This document shows positions 13,710 through 35,100 of a stretch of 64,000 bases of DNA, one piece after another. Position 1 is the stretch's first letter; each line of letters opens with the position of its first letter. The notes under the pieces are model-generated. The model saw only the letters and a program-made list of their open reading frames with translations. It had not been told where the DNA came from and did no database searches. The position numbers were made by a program, and so were the translations under genes. The DNA comes from Lytechinus pictus (taxonomy: Eukaryota), in NCBI RefSeq assembly GCF_037042905.1, contig NC_087252.1, forward strand, positions 18,292,001-18,356,000. The letters are read 5' to 3'.

Positions 13710-14640
13710 TTGAATTTTTTCCTCTTTAATTGTTTCTTCATTTCTCTCTTTATTGCTTTCTTTCATTTTTCTTTCTTTTCTATCCTTTTTTCTTCATCCT
13801 TCTATCCTTCCTGTTTGCCTTTTTTGTTCTATCTTATCTCAAATCTTTTTTTTTCCTTCTTTCTCTTACTTTCCTTTTTTAATGTCATTTCTTTCATTCT
13901 TTCTTTTCTTAAAATTTTCTTTGCTTCCTTTTCCCTTCCTCTCCCTTTTATTTTTGTTCTTTATAATAATAATAATAATATAGGTATATTTAAATACCCA
14001 GGGTAGCCACTTCAGTTCCGAAAACTGTTCTCCCAGCAGGCCCTGCTATTATTACCCGGCTAAGCTAGGCTACCTATTTGGTGCACACAGCTTTTTGAGG
14101 AATTACTTCCTGCCGGTAACCATTTACCTCACCTGGGTCGAGTGCAGCACACTGTGGATGAATTCCTTGCTGAAGGAAATTACGCCATGGCTGGGATTCT
14201 TTCTCTCCTTCCATTATTTTCTTTCTTTTTTCATTCTCTCCTTCCTCTCTTTCATCCTTTATTTCATTCTTTTTCCTTTTTGCTATTCCCTCCCTCCCTC
14301 CCTCCCTCCCTGTTTTTCTTCTTTCTTTTTCTCAAAGAATGAAGGAAACATTTTTCTTTCCTTCATTCTTTCATTCATCCTCCGTTTTTTCCTTACTCTC
14401 TTTTTTTCTTTCAAACATTCATTCATCATCCCTTCCTTTCTTTTTCTTTCCTTTTTTCTTTATTTCAAAGATTGAAGGAAACCTTTTTTCTTTCCTTTAT
14501 TATTTATTCCATCCTTCTTTTATTCTAACTTTCTTTCTTTTCACTGTTTTTCTTTTTTTCCTTCATTTTCTTTATTTAATTTTTCCCCTTCATTTTCTTT
14601 CTTTCTTCTCCATTCATCTCTTTTATTTGTCTCCTTAGAT
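13710..14640. repeat. Pyrimidine-rich low-complexity tract containing an antisense SINE fragment (~14040-14200)
   Basis: T/C-rich runs; the embedded fragment matches the reverse complement of the SINE body at 18880-19030. Confidence 0.8.
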
Positions 14641-17600
14641 AGATAGATAGATAGATTGATTTTATTTATACACGGTTAAAAAGCCCAAACAGTTCACAGA
14701 CTGATTTTCATTGGGGCCGTGTGGAACATAATATACAATTGACATAGTAAACATTTTAAAACCAGTGTTTAACGAACAATATATATGAAAAGAATATGTT
14801 AACCTAAACAGAAGCATCAATGAAATATTACAAAGGAATCATTGAAAGGTTAAGAGGAGAGGAGAAGAAAAAAGGAAGAAGAAGAAGGGAAAAGTGAGAA
14901 GGAGAAGAAAAGGACAACGGAGAAGATAACAGAAGAAGAAAATGATAATAAGAAGGCGAAGAAATTATATACCGTTCTCAAAAACATCAATAACATACAA
15001 CATGAAATGTCTATCGGTAATTCAAACAAAGCGGTGCATACATGGTAATAGTAAATGTGAACATTAAAATGTAAAATGTCAAAGTAAATACATGTTTCTA
15101 TAATGGACAATCGAGCACAAGAAAATTATTTATTTCACCCATTTGTTCACCCTCCCTTCCTTTCCTTTTCTTTCTTTTTTCCTTTCTTTATATTTTTCTT
15201 TCTTCATTTCTTTCTGTCATTATTTTCAGTGATTCCCTTTTTTATTTTGTGCCACGATCACAAAAGTACATGAAAATATATGAGAGAGGAAATCATTCAC
15301 ATAGCATATCAACACACTAATTTCGGTCATGGCCGGCAAAATAAAATCACTTTGAAAAAAATACAATTTTACAAATACAAGGTACATCAGTTCATGTAAG
15401 AGGAAAAAGGCAATGGTTCATGTCCATAGAACAGCACTTCGTTCCTTTAAACGGTAAAATCTTGTTTTGAAATATTTTTGGGGGGCAAGTGAAATATATA
15501 TTCAGGCAAGTATTTTCCAACTATTTAGAAATAAAAAAAGGTTATTTAGCACCCTGTACAAGATTAAGTACATTTGACATCTAAAAGAAAGGATACCGAA
15601 AAAAAATGGCCTTCGATGCCCTTCTTTGAAAAAGATTTTGGCCTTGGTGCCCTAAAAAAATAGGTATTTCAAGGCCAAACTGGCCTTGCCCTAAAAATGA
15701 CGAAATTTAAGGCCTGCAAAATTATACAAATTATTCAATTTACTCTATAAAACTGAGTAAAAACAGGTGATGAGAAAGGATATCAAAATTTGTCTTTATT
15801 GATCAATGTATATAATATTCAATTAGTAATTATCAATTAGTAAATTGATATGTTAATTGTTCATAAACTCATTACCGAACACATACAAACTTATACAATT
15901 TCCTTATTGTTTGGAATTTTTTGACAGGAACTTCTGCAACAACACATCTTCTACATGTAAATAAAACTTTCAGAAAGATCTCAGTATTGCAGTATTTGAT
16001 AAATGTATTGATTAGTAATTATCAATTAGAAAATTAATTAGTTATCTATTCAAATCTCACTGCTGCAAAAAAAAAATCCTGATTTGGTATATTTTGATGG
16101 AGATTTCTGCTAAGGAAACATGGAATATAATGGATATGTGATCTATGAATATAAGGAATGGAAGTACTATTAAAGAAACATTCAACAATTTATACATCAT
16201 TTACATACATTTATGACAACTATTATTGTTTGGCATCCATTGAATTTGTACCTACATGTAGAATTATATCATTTTTTATTATTATTTTTTCATTATTTTT
16301 TCTTGGGTGACCTCAGGCTAAGTTTGCCTAAATAAATGATATAAATGACATCCCAATTATCTTACAACAAAATACTGAAAACAAGCTAAAATTGTGTAAT
16401 ATGCATATTTATATTAATCAAAGGATGTAATAACTAATAATATAAATATAAACAGGTAGACTCTAGATCTCAAAAGCAAATTATAATTCAATCAATGCGA
16501 TGCACAAACTGCTAGCATAACCCCTCTGAGCCGGTGCACCCATGCGCTCCGGCGACACTGCACTCATCATGATGGTCGCGTAGCACGCAACTCTCGCAGC
16601 AGTTTGCTATTTCTGACAATCAATTTTGAGGATGTAAAAAATAAATGATTGGATTTTTAGATTCGATTTATATTCACCACACACCAAGAAAAATGTATGA
16701 ACAAGCTGTTAAAATAGGTTTACAATGTAAAAACTGTCAAAACTTTATACCTTCAGGGCCAGTCACGATGGTAAAGACAACATTAGACTTTCACATGAGC
16801 CAAATCCAACTTCCATGCGTCCGATCTTCCAAATTTGACATCGAGGCGAAGGGGATTTTTTTTCAGCTACGTCATCAGTGAAAATAAGCCAAATTGGCGA
16901 GAAACCGCCAAATCTACACCCATTTAAAGCCACTCTGGACTGTAGACTGTATAGGCTACTGTCTGTAATTGGTGAGTGGAGCCAACGGAGTTCAGCGGAA
17001 CAACAAAACAGAGACCGAAGCTTTTGGTGTACTCTAGCTGCCCCCTAGCCTGATTGATCGTGTGCTCCTTTTGTGTTTTTACTTGTCCTGCATTTTTTAG
17101 AACTTTTAATATCATATTGTTCACCATCATGCGTTCAATTCAGCAACTACCATACCTTAAAGTTATCATCGTATAGACAGTAATAACCGTCATTTCTGGG
17201 GATTTATTTAACAATTTCTGATATTTTACTATCATACATGTATGTAAATAATGTATTGTATCAATCATTCAATTGGTGTCGAGTATAGCCAACGCAGTTC
17301 AGCGGAACAGCTTGCCCCGGGGACCTCGACACGTCTTTAGACAGTGTAACGGAACAGCCAAATACAGTACAGAGACTGAATCTTTAGGGCTAATCATGTA
17401 TTTTTGCAACAGAGGGGGGGATGGCGTTGCCATTGGCAATGCCATTGCCTTGGTCATCATCCTGGGTTGTCCTTGTTTCTTTTCTCTGTTTGAAAATTGA
17501 ACTAGATATCTACCCCCTCTAATGGTAGCCTATATAGTCTCAGTATCTATACTGAAGTGGAGGCCCAGGCCAGGTCCTTAACGTTAGGACCTACATGTAG

Positions 17601-17745
17601 CTTGCATGCATTTGGAGAAAAAAATGCTAACGATGAGGGCTAACTTAGGGGAGCCTGACTTTACATTACGTTAATTATTTTTCAGAAACCTTTCGTGAAA
17701 TGTTTCACTTTCAGATCTGATTATTATGATGAAAGCTGACCGAGC

Positions 17746-24889
<7,144 letters not shown>

Positions 24890-24916
<27 letters not shown>

Positions 24917-25590
24917 GAACAAGTCCTGTCTCCATCACGCTTGTGATCAAAGCTCATGATGGACATGACGATTATTTGTGACATTTGTCAAAGAACAATT
25001 CATCTTGGAGTTGGTGAAAACAACCTCTATATCCCAGGACACTTACAATCCAAGATCATGATGGTCACAACTTTTATCTGTGATATTTATTATGAACAGA
25101 TCATTTTGGAGTTGGTGAAAACAATCCCTTATCCAGGACATTTATGATCCAAATTCATGATGGGAAAAGCTTTCAGTTGTAACTATTGTTAATGTAAAAT
25201 CGTCATGAAGTTGGTGAAAACAATCCATATCCTGGATACTTGTAACCCACGATCATGATGGAATATCAAGAACAAATCTTGAAAACAGTCCCTTATCCAG
25301 GACACTTATGATCCAAATTCATGATGGGCAAAGCTTTCAGTTGTGATTATTGTTAAAATAAAATCATTCTGAAGTTAGTGAAACAATTCCTTATCAAGGA
25401 CACTTATGACCCAAGATGATGGACATGGATGTTATTTGTTGCATTAAGAACGAATTGTCTTTGAGTATGTGAAACCAATCCCTCTATCCAAGACACTTAT
25501 GATTCAGCTCATGGTGGTCATGACTTTATTTTTGACACTTTACCAATCCAAAGAAAAAAAAAATCTTCTTGGAGTGGTGAACCAGCCTTG
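24890..25590 (+). repeat. Diverged ~95-bp tandem repeat, about 7 copies, derived from the EI24 stop-codon region
   Basis: Unit GGAGTTGGTGAAAACAATCCCTTATCCAGGACACTTATGATCCAA.TCATGATGG aligns to CGGAGTCGGTGAGAACAAGTCC...TCATGATGG at the stop. Confidence 0.8.
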
Positions 25591-25659
25591 TGAGATTGCA
25601 ATTTCATCAAACCTTCAGACTATTGATCCGTTCTTGTTGTATCCACCAGTCAATAATCA

Positions 25660-25953
25660 TAATAATAATAATATGGTCCATTTATAAAGCGCAGCTACTA
25701 TAATAGCATATACTCTACTGCGCTTGATACTTAGTATCATATTATTACCCCAGCTGTAGCTGAGCTGCCATAAAATAGGGCTAAAGCATCCAAGGAATAA
25801 ATCCTACCGGGTACGCATTCACTTTACCCGGGTCGAGTGCAGCACAATGTGGGTAAATTTCTTGCTGAAGGAAAACACGCCACGGCTGGGATTGGAACCC
25901 ATGTCCCTTTGATTGAAAGACGAGAGTCGTAACCACTAGACCACGACACCCCC
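25660..25953 (-). mobile_element. tRNA-derived SINE, antisense, same family as 18816
   Basis: Reverse complement begins GGGGTGTCGTGGTCTAGTGG and has a B-box-like GGTTCCAATCC, the same body and an (ATT)n tail. Confidence 0.87.
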
Positions 25954-26577
25954 AATAAAATATGCTTGTAATTGCTTGCCAATATTGTTTCATGAATTTG
26001 TGATTATGTATGTATTTTACTATGCAGGAAGTTGTACTTTATTCAGACATCTTTTAAGATCTTTATAAATGACTATTGCTTTCTAATTTTGTTTATAAAG
26101 ATGAGGGAAATACTTGGCCTTTCTCACACGTGCAACCTGTTTAACATGTGTTTTGTTTTGTTAAATTGCATTTTGAAATAATTAAGCTAAGACTCAATAT
26201 ATATTTGCATTGTGACATTTGATATCAGTTTAAGAGTGTTGCAAAGTGTGCGTCAGATTGAATTCAATGAAATGAAAGCAATTAAGAAAATTATAAAGGT
26301 GTAGATATACAATGTGTTCTTTTCATTCTTTCTTTCAGAAATCCATGGTCATCATCCTTAGGATGTCATGTCTAGGAAATGGTATCATTGCACAATTATT
26401 TTTCTAGCAACGGCATCCTTGTATACATATCGTTCTAACATGATTGCTGTTCTGGTGTGTTGCTCTTTATGTGATATGCAATATGATTGTGTGATATATT
26501 TTTGTAATAATTATTTATTTGATTTTAATAGAAGTTCTTGTGTGAAGATACCTACACCTACTGTACATTTGTACGTC

Positions 26578-26845
26578 TGGGTCTCATCTTAAAAAGAGTT
26601 GCGATTGATCCGATCATCCACAACTATGGAAAGCCAACAACGCCAGCATCTAAAATGCCATGTTTATTCAAAATGTTTTCTAGATAATGATCATACATTC
26701 ATTGTTGTCTTGACAATGCAGTTTGCTCCTCTTTGTTAACAAAGGACTTTGTGCAGATTTCCTGTTTGAAAAATTATGACAGTTATGGAAGTCCATACAG
26801 TTATGGTTGATTGGATCAATCGTAACTCTTTGTAAGACGGGACCC
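26578..26845. mobile_element. MITE family with GGGCCCGTCTTACAAAGAGTTGCGATTGATCC-type TIR (other copies ~38740, 44340-44612, 55938-56205)
   Basis: Inverted termini and a shared internal sequence across 4-5 copies. Confidence 0.8.
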
Positions 26846-29040
26846 TGGTCATAAGTTGTGTGTAAAGTTATGCATAACTTGAAATCAGCTTCGTGTATTA
26901 AACATCAGCCCTGTCTAAAATTAGTACATTCAAAGAATGTATAATCGAGGGAGCATTTCATGAAGGAATCGAGTCAGTGATTTCCACTGACAACTGTTAA
27001 AAGCTACTGAAATAACTGCATCTGATTGGCTGAGAGCAAATATGTCTGTGAAAATTGAATCACAGGCGAAACATGTAATGGTTCCCAGATTTTGATCATA
27101 CATTTGAATGCTTATCAATTGCCAGGATGCAAACCTATTTATTTACACACCCTGATGATAAGAATATGAGGATGGTCTAGAGCAAATGTAAAACAATACC
27201 TGGGTTTTGCATCATAAAGAGTTATAACTGTTGTGACTTTGCCATTATGGCAACTACCATGGCAACAGGGCTCAGCAGCCAATCAAAACCAAGGTTACTA
27301 TGGTAGTTTCCGTAATGGCAAAGTTTCAACAGTTGGAACTCTTTATGAAATGGGCCCCCAGATCAATTTAATGAATTTTCTTTGCTGCCATGTGAAATAA
27401 ATATGTTATTTAGAAAAGTTATGACATGGAATTTGTTGATTTTATTTTTCACTGTCCATGGGAAGCAAAATGGATGTATACATGTACCGAAACTGTGTAC
27501 ATTATTCTATCTTCAGAAGACTTTTTATTGAAGGAACGACGTCTAGAAGAATACGTTTTAGACTTTACCCATGCTAGGATACTTGGGGATATCAAGCCAG
27601 TTTGCATCGACTTGCTGTACTATCAACTTAATGCAATTACTATTTTATCCAACCATCGTTTGGTATAAACTCTTAGTTGGTCAGTCTGTTGATCTCAGAT
27701 CATATGATAAATAACAAACCTTTGGACAAGAAAATCCAATTCCCCCTCAATGAAATTCAACCCCCAAAAGTTAATCTGAATAAATAGAGAATGTAATTTC
27801 ATCAAAAATGGATGTGAAATGATAACAGTTATGACGTTTTAAAGTTTACTCAAAGGTCAGGTCCACCCCGTCCGAAAGTTGATTAGGGAACTTCGCATTT
27901 TACGCTCAAGCAAACAATGCATTGTTTCCTCCCTAAAATCATTCAGCACGCAGGACTTCATGGCCCAGTGCTCAAAAAGTTAATACAGGAATTTCAAACG
28001 AGTAATGCTGAAAATTTCATCAAAATCGGATGTAAAAAAAAAATATTAAAGTTTCACTTATTTTTCACAAAACAGGTTTATATATGCATATCAGAAATTG
28101 TGCAAATGAGAGTCAATGATGTCTCACACATGAATCTTTTATAGTTTATTGATTGAAATGTAAGATATTTCCATATTCCAGTGCAGATTTGACAATAAGG
28201 AAACTATATTGAATCACAATAGGTTACATCAACAGTGGCAATTCCACAAGTTTGGGCCAGGGATAGGAATCGAATGATATATTTCACATCGTGAGGGGAA
28301 AAAAATCAGGGGGAAAAAAAAAATCAAATTTCTTATATTTCAAATAAGAGATAGTGAGTGTGTGACATCAGTTCCCTCATGGAAACAGAAAAAGCAAAGA
28401 AAAAGATCAAAGCAAGTTTGAGAAAAATCGGACAAATAATGAGAAAGTTATGAGCATTTGAATATTGCGATCACTAAAAAATGCTATGAAGATTCTCCAA
28501 TGGGCAATGCGACAAATATTTGTGATGTCACATGTGAAATGCTCGTAACTATCTCTTTCATTCAATTTTTCTCAAATATTAGACAAGCAAAATGATAGGA
28601 GTGAAAAACAAAATGAAACAGAAGTGGACAAATGAATATGACGAGAGATTTACAAATGAATGAAAGAATCAATGAGTGAAATGTCGATCGGTACATGAGT
28701 GAATGAAAGAATGGATCTGGATCTGGATGTATACGATGCAGGGCCCTCCTGGGCATAAACGCATCGGGATGAATTGACTGAATGGAATATGAATGAATGA
28801 ATGAATGGATGGATGGATGGATATGATGAATAAATGAATAAAGAAGAAATTGATTTCTAAAAAAAAAATCACACCTGTGTTACCATTCCTGTCCCCTCCC
28901 TTTTTTGAAACAGATCATTTCAATCATTCCTAAATACTGTAGGTTTGATTCCTTAAAATTAAATTTAAAAAAATTGTGATCTGAGACTTGATGGGAAGAT
29001 TATATAGCCATGTAGCAGCCGCAGATGGCAGCAGACGAAA

Positions 29041-29113
29041 ATGGCATCTTCTGTGACTGTGGACGTGGAAGACGAAACTATTTTGACCGCTGTTTTTAAG
29101 GATTCTTTTCCAG
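29041..29113 (+). CDS. COG8: COG8 exon 1
   Basis: [28 protein letters not shown]|gtaat. Confidence 0.88.
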
Positions 29114-32100
29114 GTAATGTATTTTATGGTTTTGTTTTCAATCAATGCGATGTAAATGAAGAATAAGATGGATGAAAAAACGGTGCTTACTTCCCCATTT
29201 ACGTGATACTCCGCGGTAATGTTTGTAAGCTATTTGAACATTGTCCCATTCGTAGGATTTTGTGTGAGTCAATTCGAGATCTAGGCCTATTATTTTTCGA
29301 TTGACATGATTTGAGGGAATGAGGCCTCAAGTCTAACGTTGTCGTTATAGATAGGCCACTGACGCGAGGTAAATAAACGTTATACCAACTTCACACACCT
29401 AACGTGTTTTTAGTGTAAATTCTGAAGCAGTCGGACAATGATATGTTAAGAAAGATCGAAGACGAAATACACTCCTACCCTAGTACCAATCACTCCTAGT
29501 ACCAATGAGGTCCAAACATTACTATTAGCATGTATGGACCTCATAAAGTCATAGCCTAGGCGACAATGCGTTAAAAACAGGTTAGAACTTCTAACCGTAC
29601 TGTTTCCTGCACCCAAGTATGATATTACTCCCAAAATATGAGTTTTGTCCTCGTTTGTTTATCATTTATTAAAAGATTGCCCATTAAATATATTCCTATT
29701 CTTAATTTAAATTTAATAAAATAAAGGGAAACTTACATTTGAGTCCTTTTTCGATCTCTTTTGGCAGTCAGTCCGGTCACCGTCGAGTGCGATCAAAGCG
29801 GTATGAAGCTGATTTTCAGATCACGTGATACGTGTAGTCATCACCTGATCGATCGACTATCTTTTTTTAAAGACCGCAACAATTATAAATTTTATTATAA
29901 AATATATATAGAATAAATTATTGCATGATTTTATATATATTTCTACAATTAAAAAATATTTTGTGATATAAATTTAATATTTGACGTAAAAATCGCTATT
30001 AAACAAAATATTTATTAAAAAATAAAAAATAAAACAAAATAAAAAAGCCTTGGAGACAGTGCAAAAAACCTAACGATTTGGCCGCGTTGTTAACAACTAT
30101 CGTAAGGGGCGCTTTATTTATAAATAAAAAAGAATATGCAGCTGTCTATGGCGACGTGGTTTGTCGCAAGATTTGAGACAAATCCGTGGGAATTCTTGAG
30201 AAAATACATCAAAAGAACCGGTGAGTACCGATTAAACATTATTAAAGTAGTTAATAGATTATACATACCTTGTAGATATAGTTTTTAAAGTGATATTAGT
30301 GCTTAGTTCTAAGCTAGGGCGGCCCAAATGCGCGTGAGTGGAGTCCCAGTTTATTAACACGGGTAAGTATTGCGGTGTCGCCTAGAGTGACGAAATACAG
30401 CGGTTTGCGTTCCCGATCGGGATATTTGGATTGAAAACTTTAAAAAGCGGTGCCGGTGCAGTATGTGGTCATGGGCATAGATTGTTTATTGGCCTCGAAA
30501 TGTGACTGAGTCTTGCCATGACATTTGTGGACAATTTCTGGTGGGGAAATTTGCTCGAAGCAGTACAACATTACACCAGACGCTAGACGTGGCCTGTCAA
30601 TGCCTGTAGTACTGTTTCCAGAAGAAGAAGCAAAGCCGAAGTCAGCCGGTTCGAAACTGCATTAGTGCCAAAAATGGCTTACCTCGCCTCGGGCTTGGCC
30701 TAGTCAGTGGTTAAGCATGTTGTTCCAGGCATGCAGGGCAGAGTCTCCGATGGTGGCGCTGTTAAAATTCACAACCTTATTATTCAGCTCGTCAGTAGTT
30801 TTATAACTCTGTCTAAAATCATTAGAGAGGTCTATATGCGCAATGCTTTTGATTATTTGATAAAATATGGGCACCAACATTTTTTTTTCTGTTTTGTTTA
30901 TTTAGAATCATGGAGGGAAAATCCAGACTTTGCCCTATACCTTACAGAACTGAGCTCATATGGAGTGGACAAATTATGTAAGTAATCAATTTATAACTAA
31001 TCCATAAACAAATTGATTCCAAATATTTGTCACCTTTTAGGATTCAGGTTAGCTGCAGTAGTTCATTACTCAAAGTCGAGTCTAGTTCAATCTACAAAGA
31101 TGGGCAATCCGTATCAAATGAGGAAATTGAGATAAAAATAGATTATGATGATGTTTTAACTGCCCACCAATCATTTGCCGTCTTACACCTTTCCTTGATT
31201 TTTATTTACTGAGAATCACAGGCTTCTGACTGTTACTCCTTATTATGGTAACCAGGGGCGGATCCATGATTTTCAAAAGGGGGGGTACCTATTCCCCGAG
31301 GGAAAATTTGTCAAGCAAAAAAAAAAAAAAAAGGTCTTCACTTCCAAAAAGGGGAGGGGGGGCACACTTCTGTTTTAATGGCATTTTAACATTACAAATT
31401 TTAATTGTACCTCTCAAAGGGGGGGCACGGGCCGGCTGTGCCCCCCCCCCCCCCTGGATCCGCCACTGATGGTAACTATCAGATGAAACAGATAAAACAT
31501 CTATAGAACAATTCCTTTCATCAAACTTTTCAAAGTTATTTTTTTTGTCGTTATCTTTTGACAACTTCTCAGCTCGGGAGCCAGAGAGATTATCAGATGA
31601 CAGGTCGCAGGTTCTCCAGCAGACTCAAGAACTAGCTTTCGATAACTACAAGACATTCATTGAAACAGCTGACTGCTCGAGGGAGATTGTGGAAGATGTA
31701 AGATTGGATTTTTCTCATCCTTTGTAATTAGATTTTGCCAAACCTGTCGATATCTCAGAAATATAGTATGAAACGTTTTACAACTGTGATCTCTATTGTT
31801 TTTATGATAATTGTCATGGAAGATGGAAGGTCTATTACTGATTTCTGGTAAACTTATTTTCATGCAATGTGGCAAATTCTGTATATCCTTAGAAATGACT
31901 TTCTGACTGACTGACTGAAGGAATGAATGTTCAGTTGATTGATGTGAATGGATTTATTTTATGGAAACAAGATAATCAGCTGACGGATAAGATTTGTTAT
32001 TAGATTTTGCCAAGCCTGCAAATCATTCAGAAATATATATTAAGTATGAGGCAATTATAAATGTGACCCTTAAAAATATATCAACTTGATTGATTTGCTA

Positions 32101-35100
32101 AACATGCAAAATGTCACTCGATTAGCTGATCACTGTATCTTTTTTATAGAGGCCGTACTATAATAGCTTATTAAAAGGTATAGAGAGAAAAGGAGTTGGG
32201 GGAAAAGGCGATGATGAAAAGTAAGGGAAAGAAAGGGAAGAGTAGAGAGAGATGAGGATGGTACGCGTCTTTATCTTGACTGAAACAAATGTGTGCTGCA
32301 TGTTGTTTTATTTCAGGGCTGTGTATAATCTTGATTGTTTATTTATTCTTCAGTTTGCAGTTGTAGAGCAACACCTGAATAATCTATTGGACAAACTACC
32401 AGACTTCAGCGAAGGATGCAATCAGTTCCTGAAGGAGGCCCAACAGATCAGCTCGAGGTAACAATGATAATGACATTCTGCTTTTATGTAGTGTTTAATA
32501 CATTGGAAAACTATCTCTATTAAAGCGCTTAACAGATATTATTAACCAGGTCATTGCATCCTGGCGTGCCTAGATACAATGAATGCACATTTTCCACTCT
32601 CTTTGGGACATTCTAGCAGAAGTTTCCAATTTCAATTGCTAGGCATACCACATCCCAGGGAAGTTAAGGTTAAAAAACCAATTTTTCCTACTGATCTTGA
32701 TTTTTACTTAAAAATTTCATACTTTTCTTACTCATTGATGTTTACTTTTTATATATTTCATATTACATGTAGGTATCAAATGACAAAGAAAAACTTTATT
32801 ATAATGTAAGTAAAATATCATAATTAATCTGTCTATGCTGGAAAACAAATATAACTGGAAACCTCTTTTTTTCTAGGACACAACTCGTAGATAAAAACAG
32901 ATATATTGTTTTTTTCAATGATATTCCATTTCTCAGCCGGAGAATGAACTCGCTGACGCTTTCCAAACACACTCAACTTCTGGAGATCCTTGAAATACCT
33001 CAACTCATGGATACCTGCGTGAGGAATGCTTACTATGATGAGGCCTTAGAGCTGGCAGCGTACGTCAAACGGTTGGAGAAGAAGCATGCTAGCATACCTG
33101 TTATAAAGGTAACCATGATTTCATTTCTTAGCAATTTATACAATATTTGTGTTGCCTGAAACATTGACTAGTGAGGCCTTAGAGCTGGCAGCGTACGTCA
33201 AACGGTTGGAGAAGAAGCATTCTAGCATACCAGTTATAAAGGTAACTATGATTTCATTTCTTAACAATTTATACAATGTTTGTGTTGCCTGAAACATTGA
33301 CTAGTGAGGCCTTAGAGCTGGCAGTGTACGTCAAACGGTTGGAGAAGAAGCATTCTAGTATACCTGTTATAAAGGTAACTATGATTTCATTTCTTAGCAA
33401 TTTATACAATGTTTGTGTTGCCTGAAACATTGACTAGTGAGGCCTTAGAGCTGGCAGCATACGTCAAACGGTTGGAGAAGAAGCATGCTAGCATACCTGT
33501 TATAAAGGTGACTATGATTTCATTTCTTAACAATTTATACAATGTTTGTGTTGCCTGAAACATTGACTAGTGAGGCCTTAGAGCTGGCAGTGTACGTCAA
33601 ACAGTTGGAGAAGAAGCATGCTAGCATACCTGTTATAAAGGTGACTATGATTTCATTTCTTAACAATTTATACAATGTTTGTGTTGCCTGAAACATTGAC
33701 TAGTGAGGCCTTAGAGCTGGCAGTGTACGTCAAACAGTTGGAGAAGAAGCATGCTAGCATACCTGTTATAAAGGTAACCATGATTTCATTTCTTAACAAT
33801 TTATACAATGTTTGTGTTGCCTGAAACATTGACTAGTGAGGCCTTAGAGCTGGCAGCGTACGTCAAACGGTTGGAGAAGAAGCATGCTAGCATACCTGTT
33901 ATAAAGGTAACTATGATTTCATTTCTTAGCAATTTATACAATGTTTGTGTTGCCTGAAACATTGAATAGTGAGGCCTTAGAGCTGGCAGCATACGTCAAA
34001 CGGTTGGAGAAGAAGCATGCTAGCATACCCGTTATAAAGGTAACCATGATTTCATTTCTTAGCAATTTATACAATGTTTGTGTTGCCTGAAACATTGACT
34101 AGTGAGGCCTTAGAGCTGGCAGCGTACGTCAAACGGTTGGAGAAGAAGCATGCTAGCATACCCGTTATAAAGGTAACCATGATTTCATTTCTTAACAATT
34201 AATACAATGTTTGTGTTGCCTGAAACATTGACTAGTGAGGCCGGAGAAGAAGCATTCTAGCATTCCGGTTATAAAGGTAACCATGATTTCATTTCTTAAC
34301 AATTTATAAAATGTTTGTGTTGCCTGAAACATTGACTAGTGAGGCCTTAGAGCTGGCAGCGTACGTCAAACGGTTGGAGAAGAAGCATTCTAGCATACCT
34401 GTTATAAAGGTAACCATGATTTCATTTCTTAGCAATTTATACAATGTTTTGTGTTGCCTGAAACATTGACTAGTGAGGCCTTAGAGCTGGCAGCATACGT
34501 CAAATGGTTGGAGAAGAAGCATGCCAGCATACATGTTATAAAGGTAACCATGATTTCATTTCTTAACAATTAATACAAAGTTTGTGTTGCCTGAAACATT
34601 GACTAGTGAGGCGTTAGAGCTGGCAGCATACGTCAAACGGTAGGAGAAGAAGCATTAATTTAGCATTCCGGTTATAAAGGTAACCATGATTTCATTTCTT
34701 AGCAATTTCCACAATGTTTTGTGTTGCCTGAAACATTGACTAGTCACATACATGTAGACAAGTTTTAAAGATAAACTGTGGTATTGGTAACAACAGAAAG
34801 TGAAATGTTCACAGTATTGAACAAAACTTTATGCACAGCATTTTGAAAACTGTAAATAAATGATATCTTCCAAACGATTTTTCAGGAAAATTTACCATTA
34901 CAGAGAAATGATGAAATGAAGATCAGAAAAATCACTGAAAAATGCCAGTGTAGTCCCAGTGTTGTTTCCTGTCTGAGCTACACCAGGAAAGCCGGTTGTA
35001 ATGAAATGGATACGATATCAAGCAATCCTTAATTAGTATAATTAAACTTTGTTGTTCTAAATAAGCATTCTGATGCATGATAAATACTTTGAGGATTGCT

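Noticed and set aside
29025..29099. Out-of-frame uORF overlapping the COG8 start
   Set aside because: It is present in the DNA, but the TSS is unknown and may lie downstream of this ATG, so it cannot be supported as part of the mRNA.
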